Source of the DNA: Dehalococcoidia bacterium
Lineage (GTDB): Bacteria > Chloroflexota > Dehalococcoidia > E44-bin15
Assembly (NCBI GenBank): GCA_041649635.1
Contig: JBAZMV010000001.1
Location: 281,197-345,196 of the forward strand
Direction: 5' to 3'
DNA length: 64,000 nucleotides
The notes under the pieces were generated by a model. The model did no database searches and was not told where the DNA came from. It was given only the letters and a program-made list of their open reading frames with translations. Positions within the stretch are counted from its first letter, which is position 1. Each line of letters begins with the position of its first letter. Of the stretch, positions 41,418-49,978 are shown piece after piece. Both the position numbers and the translations under genes were made by a program.

Positions 41418-42182
41418 ATGACGACGACCATAGCCATAGCGGGCAAGGGCGGCGTCGGCAAGACATCCATAGCCGCCCTGCTTATCGATCTGCTGTCAGA
41501 GAAAGGCACTGTTCTCGCCATCGACGGCGACCCGAGCTCCAATCTGCACATGGCTCTGGGGCTGCCTTTAGAAGAGACCATCGGCAGCATACGGGAAGGA
41601 ATGCTCGACAGCAAGACTATCGGACGCAGCGGCATACCGAAGCCGGACTATCTGGAATTCAAAGTCAGGGAGGCGCTGGTCGAGTCCGGTAAAATCGACC
41701 TGCTGGCCATGGGGCGCCCGGAGGGGCCCGGGTGTTACTGCGCCGCCAACAACTGGCTGCGAAACAGCATCGACCGGCTGGCGGGCAATTACGACTACGT
41801 TGTAATCGATAACGAGGCCGGCATGGAGCATATCAGCCGCCAGACTACACGCAACGTGGACATCCTGCTGATAGTGTCAGACCCTTCGATAAGGGGGATT
41901 ACAGCCGCGGCGCATACGAAAGACCTGATCGGCGAGATACGCAGCCGTGTCAGCAGGATCGGATTGATAGTCAACAAAGTTCGAGACGGGATACCGGCAC
42001 AAATCAAGCAGGCGATCGACACAGCGGGGCTCGATATTATCGGGGCTATACGGGAAGACGCTAACGTGCTCGACCTGGAGATAAACGGCAAGCCATTGAT
42101 CGAACTGCCCGCCGATTCACCTTTGCGTCTGGGCGTTGAAGATCTGGTAGCCAGTCTCGATTTGATCTCAGTTAAAGGATAA
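41418..42182 (+). CDS. cooC: CooC/AcsF-type nickel-insertion ATPase
   Basis: Deviant Walker A GKGGVGKT of the MinD/ParA/CooC family, and CxC (GCYC) characteristic of CooC. Confidence 0.8.
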   Translation: MTTTIAIAGKGGVGKTSIAALLIDLLSEKGTVLAIDGDPSSNLHMALGLPLEETIGSIREGMLDSKTIGRSGIPKPDYLEFKVREALVESGKIDLLAMGRPEGPGCYCAANNWLRNSIDRLAGNYDYVVIDNEAGMEHISRQTTRNVDILLIVSDPSIRGITAAAHTKDLIGEIRSRVSRIGLIVNKVRDGIPAQIKQAIDTAGLDIIGAIREDANVLDLEINGKPLIELPADSPLRLGVEDLVASLDLISVKG

Positions 42183-42186
42183 AGCT

Positions 42187-43110
42187 ATGTTCATACCTAT
42201 CGGCGAATGCATTCATATTATCAATAAAGAGGTCAGGGCCGCCATCGATAATCGCGATGCGGACTTCATCCGGAAACTGGCCATTAAGCAGGTTGACTGC
42301 GGGGCTAAAATGCTCGACCTTAACATCGGCCCGCAGAAGAAGGCCGGGCCGGAGATAATGGACTGGATTGTCAACGCCGTTCAGGAGGTCGTTGACGTTC
42401 CGCTGTCGCTGGACACGACCAACGCAGAGGCCATCGAGGCCGGGCTTAAAGTTTGTAAGCGCAAGCCTATCATCAACAGCACCAACGCCGACCCCAAGCG
42501 AATGAGCGTGCTGTTCCCCCTCGCCGCTAAGTATGATGTAGGCATCATTACGTTGACGCTTCGCGCCACCGGATTGCCCGTCAGCGCCGACGAGCGGGCT
42601 CAGATACTGGTCGAGGACCTGCTGCCCGCGGCCGAGGCTGCCGGACTGCCGATGCAAAATATCTACGTCGACCCGCTGGCTATGACGGTGAACGGCACGC
42701 AGGAGCACGCGCCCGAGGTGCTACAGACAGCACTGGTGGTTAAATCGATAATGGAGCCGCCGCTGCATATGACCTGCGGGCTCTCCAACGTCTCCAACGG
42801 CGCCCCCGCCGACGTGCGCAAGGTGCTAAACCGCGTCTACTTAGTAATGCTCATGGGTGCCGGCATGGATACAGCCATACTCGATCCGCTGGATAAAGAG
42901 CTGATGGACACGATCAGAATCCTGGAGAACCGCGATGATTCGACCCCTGCAGGGAAAGCATATTTAGCCCTGTATGACGCCTGTGCCGCGGGCGATGAAT
43001 TCGACACATCGATACTCGACATGAGCGATGCCAAACAGGCCGAGCTGGCCAAGACCGTCGCGATACTGAATAACAAGATGATCTACGCCCACAACTACCT
43101 GCAGCTATAA
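42187..43110 (+). CDS. acsE: Methyltetrahydrofolate:corrinoid iron-sulfur protein methyltransferase
   Basis: Pterin-binding TIM barrel. IGECIH, LDLNIG, INSTNA and GLSNVS blocks parallel Moorella AcsE (recalled). Confidence 0.85.
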   Translation: MFIPIGECIHIINKEVRAAIDNRDADFIRKLAIKQVDCGAKMLDLNIGPQKKAGPEIMDWIVNAVQEVVDVPLSLDTTNAEAIEAGLKVCKRKPIINSTNADPKRMSVLFPLAAKYDVGIITLTLRATGLPVSADERAQILVEDLLPAAEAAGLPMQNIYVDPLAMTVNGTQEHAPEVLQTALVVKSIMEPPLHMTCGLSNVSNGAPADVRKVLNRVYLVMLMGAGMDTAILDPLDKELMDTIRILENRDDSTPAGKAYLALYDACAAGDEFDTSILDMSDAKQAELAKTVAILNNKMIYAHNYLQL

Positions 43111-43146
43111 CCCTCACCCTGACCCTCTCCCCTGCGGAGGGTGAGG
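43111..43146 (+). terminator. Putative intrinsic terminator after acsE
   Basis: CCTCACCCT...AGGGTGAGG inverted repeat directly after the acsE stop. Confidence 0.4.
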
Positions 43147-43267
43147 ATAATAATCGGTGGGTTACACTATCGTTAAACCCACCCTACGATTCTATAGGCG
43201 ACTTGGATTCCGGCCGGAGTTTATCCCGTACACCGATGCGGGACCGGAATGACGGCGACGTTGAATA

Positions 43268-43360
43268 GGGTGTGCAGAGGGTCTTCCCTCTGCCGGGGTT
43301 ATAGGGGTGTCCCCTAACTTTTTTTATTTTCCCCCAAGAGTGGGGGATACAGGGGGTTGA
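43268..43360 (+). repeat. Structured intergenic repeat, copy 4
   Basis: GGGTGTG; CAGAGGG-TCTT-CCCTCTG; CCGGGGTTATAGGGGTGTCCCCTAACTTTTTTTATTTTCCCCCAAGAGTGGGGGATACAGGGGGTTGA. Lies between convergent acsE and mutL. Confidence 0.6.
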
Positions 43361-43372
43361 TTAAGTTCACAA

Positions 43373-45079
43373 CTATGCCATACGCCCGAAGTCGCGCTCA
43401 AGCTGAGATGATGAGAAACGGATCATCGTAGGCCTGCCGTGGGGACAGGTATGCGGCGACTCGGCATTCTCCAGATCGAGGACAAGACGCGTCATCTCAT
43501 CCATAGTCAACACCTTGCCGGCCCTGACCGCGCCGTGGCATGCGATCGAGGCGGCGATCTTCTCTTCCGCCTTCGACCGGTCACCCTCCTCGGAGAACGT
43601 GTCGACTATCTCATGAACCGCCTTGATGATATCGCCCTCGCCGAGCAAGGCTGGGGCGGTGCGCACCAGATAAGTCTGTCCGCCGAACGGCTCGACGGCG
43701 AATCCATAGGATTTCAGCGCTTCCTGAGCCCTTTTTAACATGCTTTCCTGGCGCGGCGAAAACTCGATGCTCACGTGCTCAAGCATACCCTGGACTGCGA
43801 CATCACGCCTGGCCCGCTGCGCCATCACCTTCTCGAACAGGATACGCTCGTGAGCGGCGTGCTGGTCGATTAGATACATGCCGTCTGGCCCCTCGGCTAC
43901 GATGTAGGTGGCAGCGAGCTGCCCGATGATGCGCAGTATCGGCAAGCGCGATTCCGGCAACACCCTGGGGGTTTGCTGCCCCTGCGTATGAGTTGGCTCC
44001 TCAAACAGTCGCTCCTGGAGCGCGGCTCGACCTGCCCCGACCACCGCACTGGTCGAACCTATAGGACGCGGCGCCCTTTTCGCATCGGGCACAGACGATT
44101 CCGCGACAAGCGCCGCCCGCACCGCCCGCTGCACGAGTGTGAACACCTCCCCCTCGCTGCGAAACCTGACCTCGGTTTTTGCCGGATGGACGTTGACATC
44201 AATATCGTCGGGAGGAACAGAAATGTTTAAGACAGCAATGGGATGTTTTCCTGTCATGAGCAAACCTGAGTATGCTTCTTCGGTCGCCCGGATCAAAAGT
44301 CCGCTCTTCACCCACCTGCGGTTAACGAAGAAGCTCAAGCTGTCGCGGCGGGAGCGTGCGAGGGAGGGTGGACTGACGAATCCGTATACCTGCGAGCCGC
44401 CGTCCCCGACCTGTATCATAGCCTCGGCCGTTTTCAGCCCGTATACCGCGACAAGAACGTCGCGCAGGCTGCCATTGCCCGGCGTCTGTAGAACCACCTT
44501 GCCATCGGACGTGAGCTCGAACCTGATCTCCGGATAAGCCATACTGTACTGGCTGACAAGATCCGATATGTGTGCGTTTTCGGTAGAGACCGACTTGAGG
44601 AATTTTAGGCGCGCAGGCACGTTTCGAAAGAGATTCTCTACGGTTACCGAGGTTCCCTGAGTGCCGGCTCCGCGCCCTTGCCCGGTTATCTCCCCGGCGC
44701 GCAGAACTAAGTGCGTACCGACCGAATCGTTATTCGTTTTGGTGATTATGTCAACATGAGATACGGCCGCTATACTTGGGAGCGCTTCGCCTCTGAAACC
44801 AAGGGTGGAAATGTTTTCGAGGTCTGAACTGTCACGAACCTTGCTGGTGGCATGGCGTCGGAACGCGAGAGATGCTTCATTAGAGGATATCCCGGAGCCG
44901 TTGTCAGCGACTCTGATAAACTTAACCCCGCCCTGCTTTACTTCTACCTTGATCTGAGTTGAACCGGCATCGATAGCGTTCTCTATAAGCTCTTTTACCA
45001 CCGATGCCGGCCGTTCTACTACTTCACCGGCAGCTATCTGGGCGATAACTTCCGGAGCTAAGACTTCTATGGGCATCAA
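43373..45079 (-). CDS. mutL: DNA mismatch repair protein MutL
   Basis: GHKL ATPase N-terminus IAAGEVVERPASVVKELIENAIDAG and a C-terminal dimerisation domain. Confidence 0.9.
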   Translation of the reverse strand: MMPIEVLAPEVIAQIAAGEVVERPASVVKELIENAIDAGSTQIKVEVKQGGVKFIRVADNGSGISSNEASLAFRRHATSKVRDSSDLENISTLGFRGEALPSIAAVSHVDIITKTNNDSVGTHLVLRAGEITGQGRGAGTQGTSVTVENLFRNVPARLKFLKSVSTENAHISDLVSQYSMAYPEIRFELTSDGKVVLQTPGNGSLRDVLVAVYGLKTAEAMIQVGDGGSQVYGFVSPPSLARSRRDSLSFFVNRRWVKSGLLIRATEEAYSGLLMTGKHPIAVLNISVPPDDIDVNVHPAKTEVRFRSEGEVFTLVQRAVRAALVAESSVPDAKRAPRPIGSTSAVVGAGRAALQERLFEEPTHTQGQQTPRVLPESRLPILRIIGQLAATYIVAEGPDGMYLIDQHAAHERILFEKVMAQRARRDVAVQGMLEHVSIEFSPRQESMLKRAQEALKSYGFAVEPFGGQTYLVRTAPALLGEGDIIKAVHEIVDTFSEEGDRSKAEEKIAASIACHGAVRAGKVLTMDEMTRLVLDLENAESPHTCPHGRPTMIRFSSSQLERDFGRMA

Positions 45080-45082
45080 AGA

Positions 45083-45298
45083 TCACTTTATCCACGCGGC
45101 CTTCTGGAAAAACAACTCGGAATACCCGCAATCCCTGCAGATGTAACAATCGAACCTGTAGTCAGGCCCCATGAAGCCGAGCCTCCCGTACATCGTCATA
45201 TCCTGTCGCTCCACATTCTCGGAAGAGCATTTGCCGCATTTGGTCGGGATCACATTTATATTCTTAGGCTCTGCCATTAAGTAACCTCCTGCCGACAT
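45083..45298 (-). CDS. Zinc-ribbon protein (YgiT-type-like)
   Basis: CGKC...(27 aa)...CRDC pattern. The stop is 4 nt upstream of the mutL start, suggesting translational coupling. Confidence 0.4.
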   Translation of the reverse strand: MSAGGYLMAEPKNINVIPTKCGKCSSENVERQDMTMYGRLGFMGPDYRFDCYICRDCGYSELFFQKAAWIK

Positions 45299-45323
45299 TC
45301 TTTCTTGTCGGCTCGACCCCGTC

Positions 45324-45770
45324 CTACCAGTCCTGTTTCCCTTTGGAAAACGCGGCTGTCAGGATTGCGAATATGAAGCCGACTATAGCTGCCGCAAAAG
45401 CGATATAGAAGCCGTACGCTACAAAGCTGAACAGGTCATTCACTGCCGCGTCTATCATAAACCAGACTCCTCCTCCAACAGCTACAAGCCCGGCAACTAT
45501 TGATAGAATCCCTAATGTGGCTATAGCCGCCTTGCCGCCTTTAGACGCCAGCGACACGATGAAAGCAGGCAATGCAAAAACCGCCATTAGTATTCCGCCG
45601 ATAAACATCATCAAAACATTAATCGCATCGCTTACTGACATATCTATCGCATCCCATCCCGACATAGACATACAAATTCCCCAGCCACATACCTCAACCC
45701 ACGCCAAGAATACGCCGACCACTACCACGATACCACAGATCACAGTAATAATAGATGCTGCTATTCTCAT
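45324..45770 (-). CDS. Small polytopic membrane protein (about 4 TM)
   Basis: Highly hydrophobic 148-aa ORF. AT-richer than its flanks. Sits between mutS and mutL. Confidence 0.4.
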   Translation of the reverse strand: MRIAASIITVICGIVVVVGVFLAWVEVCGWGICMSMSGWDAIDMSVSDAINVLMMFIGGILMAVFALPAFIVSLASKGGKAAIATLGILSIVAGLVAVGGGVWFMIDAAVNDLFSFVAYGFYIAFAAAIVGFIFAILTAAFSKGKQDW

Positions 45771-45862
45771 TGTCCTGCTCCTTTCTTCTTACTGTATTCG
45801 CTCTAGACACCCTTTGCGCAATTGTACTATTAAAATCGGATTTTGGGTAGTCCTGTATAAAA

Positions 45863-48424
45863 TTACTTATTCTGCGCCTTCTTTTTCAGCTCGTACAATT
45901 TATTCAGCGCCTCGAGCGGCGTCATCGCATCCGGCTCCAACTGCGACAATTCCTCCGAGATCTCGGACGACGCTGTATCACCGACGAAGAGTGGAAGCTG
46001 AGAAGACGAGGCCGCTTTTATCTTGCCGTTAACATGCCGCTTATCCTCAAGACCGGTAAGCACCTCCTCGGCGCGATGCACCACCGCGCGCGGCAGACCT
46101 GCGAGCTGCGCCACGTGGATGCCGTAGCTCTTGTCGGCGCCCCCCGGCAACATGCGCCGCAGGAAGATAACCCGCCCGTTCTCCTCGGCGACGGCCACGT
46201 TGAAATTCTTGACTCTCGGCAGGAAATTCGACAAATCGACCAGCTCGTGGTAATGCGTGGCGAATATGGTCTTAGCGCCCATTTTGGGATGGTTGTGTAT
46301 GTATTCGGCGACGGCCTGCGCTATCGAGATGCCGTCGTAGGTGCTGGTGCCCCTCCCGATCTCGTCCAATATCAGCAGCGACCGCGGCGTGGCGTGGTTC
46401 AAAATATTGGCCGTCTCCTCCATCTCGACCATGAACGTTGAGCGGCCCGTCGACAAGTCGTCCTGAGCACCAACGCGGGTGAATATGCGGTCGACGATGC
46501 CGATAGTGGCCGCGTCCGCCGGGACGAAACTGCCAACCTGCGCCATTAACACGATGAGAGCCACCTGCCTCAGATACGTCGACTTGCCCGCCATGTTGGG
46601 CCCGGTGAGTATTATCATCTGCGTTTCATCGTTCGACAGGTAGGTGTCATTAGGTATGAAAGGCTCGCCATCCAGCATGCGCTCCACCACGGGATGACGC
46701 CCGTTAGTTATCGAGATGACGTTGCCCTCGTTCAATTCAGGCCGGACGTAGCCGGAACGCACCGCAACTTCCGCCAGCGACGAGAATACATCGATCTGAG
46801 CTATCGCCGAGGCCGTATCCAGTATGCGCTCCGCCGCAAGCCCGGTCTGCCCCAGCACCTGCCGATACAGGTTTCCTTCGAGTTCGGCGAGGCGCTCCTG
46901 CGCATTGAGGATGAGCGACTCATATTCCTTAAGCTGCGGCGTATAGAAGCGCTCGGCGTTGGCCAGCGTCTGCTTGCGGATATAATCGTCGGGCACCTGC
47001 TGCAGGTTCGTGTTCGATATCTCGATGTAATATCCGAAGACCCTGTTATAGCCGACCTTGAGCGACTTCACGCCCGTGCGCTCGCGCTCGGCGCGCTCCA
47101 GGTTCGCCAGGTAGCTCTTTGCGTCCTTAGCCGCAACCCTGATGGAATCCAGCTCCGGCGAGAACCCCGGCTTTATGACCCCGTCGCCCAGGTTCTGCGG
47201 AGGCTCATCGGCTATGGCTTTCGATATCAGTTCGACCGTTTTGCCACACGGATCGACGCTCTGAAACAGCCATGCGACATCACTCGACTGTTCCTTCTGA
47301 ATCGCATCGCGCAGCTCGGACGACGCCTCGAGACTGCGGCGCAGCGCCACCACTTCTCTAGGAGTTGCGATTCCTCCCCTGATACGATTGATGATCCTTT
47401 CGATATCGACGATTTTCGCCAGGATCGACACGACTTTAGCTCGGCGGCGCGTATCGCCATGGAACCACTCCACCGCATCCAGCCTGCGGTTGAGCTGCAC
47501 CACGTCCAGAAGCGGCTGCCCCACCCAGCGCCGCAGCAGCCTGGCCCCCATCGGCGTCCTGGTCAGGTCGATGACCGAGAGCAGGGAGCCCTCCCTGTCC
47601 TGGCGGAACGTCTGGAAAAGCTCCAGATTGCGGCGCGTCTGCGGGTCCAGCGTCATGAACGACTCTGTGCTGTACGTCGACAATCCGGTCAACTGCTTCA
47701 GCGCCGGCTTCTGCGTCTCACCCAGATAGTGCACGATGGCCCCGGCCGAGCGTATCGCCAGCGGCAGGCCCTCGCAGCCGTAGCCCTCAAGCGACGACGT
47801 GCCGAAATGCTCGCGCAGGAGATGCCTCGTGGCCTCCAGCTCAAAATACTGAACGTCGACGGGTGTGACCGGAGCAGCGGCCTGAACCTCTACATCCTTT
47901 GGCGCCAGTATCTCCGACGGGCGCAGGCGCTCCAGCTCCGATTGCATACGCTCAGCCGGAAGCTGCGTGGTCTGAAATTCGCTGGTGGTTATATCTGCGT
48001 AGGCGACTCCGGCCTGTTGTCCTTCTACCACTACCGACGCCAGATAGTTATTAACGTTGCCTCTCAGCAGTCCCGGCTCGACCACGGTGCCCGGCGTAAC
48101 GACACGCACGACATCGCGGTCCACGAGGCCTTTGGCAGCCTTGGGATCGCTGAGCTGTTCGCAGATAGCGACCTTGTGCCCCTTGTTGATGAGCCGTGCA
48201 AGGTAGTTGTCGAGCGCGTGATACGGGATTCCCGCCAGCGGCACCTTGTTGCCCTTGCCCATCTCCCGCGCTGTGAGCACTATCTCCAACTCTTTCGACA
48301 CGAGCTTGGCATCATCGTCGAACGTCTCGTAGAAATCTCCCAGGCGGAAGAACACGATGGTATCGGGATACTTCTTTTTGATACGGAGGTATTGCTGTCT
48401 AAGGGGGGTCATCTTCTCGCTCAT
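45863..48424 (-). CDS. mutS: DNA mismatch repair protein MutS
   Basis: N-terminal mismatch-binding GDFYETF, Walker A GPNMAGKST and DEIGRGTSTYDG. Confidence 0.9.
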   Translation of the reverse strand: MSEKMTPLRQQYLRIKKKYPDTIVFFRLGDFYETFDDDAKLVSKELEIVLTAREMGKGNKVPLAGIPYHALDNYLARLINKGHKVAICEQLSDPKAAKGLVDRDVVRVVTPGTVVEPGLLRGNVNNYLASVVVEGQQAGVAYADITTSEFQTTQLPAERMQSELERLRPSEILAPKDVEVQAAAPVTPVDVQYFELEATRHLLREHFGTSSLEGYGCEGLPLAIRSAGAIVHYLGETQKPALKQLTGLSTYSTESFMTLDPQTRRNLELFQTFRQDREGSLLSVIDLTRTPMGARLLRRWVGQPLLDVVQLNRRLDAVEWFHGDTRRRAKVVSILAKIVDIERIINRIRGGIATPREVVALRRSLEASSELRDAIQKEQSSDVAWLFQSVDPCGKTVELISKAIADEPPQNLGDGVIKPGFSPELDSIRVAAKDAKSYLANLERAERERTGVKSLKVGYNRVFGYYIEISNTNLQQVPDDYIRKQTLANAERFYTPQLKEYESLILNAQERLAELEGNLYRQVLGQTGLAAERILDTASAIAQIDVFSSLAEVAVRSGYVRPELNEGNVISITNGRHPVVERMLDGEPFIPNDTYLSNDETQMIILTGPNMAGKSTYLRQVALIVLMAQVGSFVPADAATIGIVDRIFTRVGAQDDLSTGRSTFMVEMEETANILNHATPRSLLILDEIGRGTSTYDGISIAQAVAEYIHNHPKMGAKTIFATHYHELVDLSNFLPRVKNFNVAVAEENGRVIFLRRMLPGGADKSYGIHVAQLAGLPRAVVHRAEEVLTGLEDKRHVNGKIKAASSSQLPLFVGDTASSEISEELSQLEPDAMTPLEALNKLYELKKKAQNK

Positions 48425-48596
48425 AAAATCTATGGGTGTATTCTACAGGAAAACCACGCAATTGAGTAGAGAGGATTATCGCCTGACTTATCAAACCGCT
48501 ACTAAAATCAACTGGGCAGCATCGTCCAGGGCAATATGATAGGAAACATTCCACTACTAGTGTATAATACATAAATTACACTCTGAAAGCAGCCAG

Positions 48597-49898
48597 ATGA
48601 GCAGCGACGAGATGTCTATCGATAACCGTGCTCCCGAAGGGGAAGCTAAAATCGATGACGCCTCACCGAAGCGCCATAGTAAGTTCTCGATCAAAAGACC
48701 TCCAACATTGGGCCAGGCCTTCAGCACATTCATGCAGAAAACGCTCCCCAACAAATGGTTTCAAGCTTTATGTATAGCTGCCCTGGTTTTTGTTATCTAT
48801 TTCGTCACAAGCTCGGGCTCCACACCCTACGACCACTACGTTCGTCTCGCAGACGCCTTTCTCCATGGTCGGCTTTATCTGGAAAATGCGCCTTCATGGT
48901 TAGAGCTGGCCAGATACGGAGAGAAGGGTTTCGTAATGGAACCGCCCGGACCTACCATATTCACGCTGCCCTGCGTCGCTATCTGGGGAGTCAGTACAAA
49001 TCAAGCTATCATATCAATGATTGTAGGGGCTGCTGCCATAGGTTTGTTTTGGGTAGCAGCTAAGCAGCTCGGCTGGAATCTCCGATTTCGTGTAGCCATG
49101 ACCGTGCTGGTAGCTCTGGGAACAAACTTCTGGTGGGTTTCCACTTGTGGCAGCGTATGGATGTTTGCCCATGTATCGGCAGTATTCTTCTTAATGGCTG
49201 CCTTGATTGAAACCACGGGAAAGAACCGCCCTTTGCTTATAGGTTTATTCGTGGGAATGGCCGGACTGTCAAGATTACCCGTTTTCCTTACCTTCCCCTT
49301 CTTTGCCTATACAGTAAGCCGGGGAATAAGTTCCCGGGGACATATAATTCGCCGTCTCGTGCTTCTCGGTAGCGCTCTAGCTATCATGGGCGGACTGTAC
49401 CTTCTCTTTACCTACGGTGAGTACGGTACTATCAACTTAGGATATGAACGCGGCCAATTTGTTGACCAGCCTCTGTTTGCCAAAGGGCTCTTCAGCTTAA
49501 GCTACCTACCGCGGCAGCTGAATGCAATCCTGTTCCAAGGCCCCGTAATCAGCGATACATTCCCATTCTTCAAACCTTCGTTCATGGGCCTGGGACTTTT
49601 CTTCACCACCCCAGCCCTGCTGTACATGTTCCTGGCTCACCCGAAGGCCAGCAAGATGACGCTTGCGGCCATGTTAGCTCTCTTGCTCACTTCAATACCA
49701 CTGGTGACCTATGGAGCGGTCGGTTTCCTCCAGTTTGGATATCGCTTCAGCCTGGATATACTGCCTTTCATGATTCTATTAGTGGCATCTGGCATGCGCT
49801 ATCGCCTGGATGGATTTAAAATAGCTGTAATTGTCTTATGCTGCTGCATCAATCTCTGGGGAACACTATCCTTCAATAAGTTCGATTGGATGGTCTGA
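48597..49898 (+). CDS. Polytopic membrane protein, putative GT-C-type glycosyltransferase
   Basis: 433 aa with about 10 predicted TM helices and a basic cytoplasmic N-terminus. It is the first of four consecutive multi-TM proteins. Family call is weak. Confidence 0.35.
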   Translation: MSSDEMSIDNRAPEGEAKIDDASPKRHSKFSIKRPPTLGQAFSTFMQKTLPNKWFQALCIAALVFVIYFVTSSGSTPYDHYVRLADAFLHGRLYLENAPSWLELARYGEKGFVMEPPGPTIFTLPCVAIWGVSTNQAIISMIVGAAAIGLFWVAAKQLGWNLRFRVAMTVLVALGTNFWWVSTCGSVWMFAHVSAVFFLMAALIETTGKNRPLLIGLFVGMAGLSRLPVFLTFPFFAYTVSRGISSRGHIIRRLVLLGSALAIMGGLYLLFTYGEYGTINLGYERGQFVDQPLFAKGLFSLSYLPRQLNAILFQGPVISDTFPFFKPSFMGLGLFFTTPALLYMFLAHPKASKMTLAAMLALLLTSIPLVTYGAVGFLQFGYRFSLDILPFMILLVASGMRYRLDGFKIAVIVLCCCINLWGTLSFNKFDWMV

Positions 49899-49978
49899 TA
49901 CTGACAGCATAGCCGTACCATCCGAGGATCGCAGATCCGCAGCGTTTAGTCGATCCTCTTAGCACAGGGTTGAATTAG

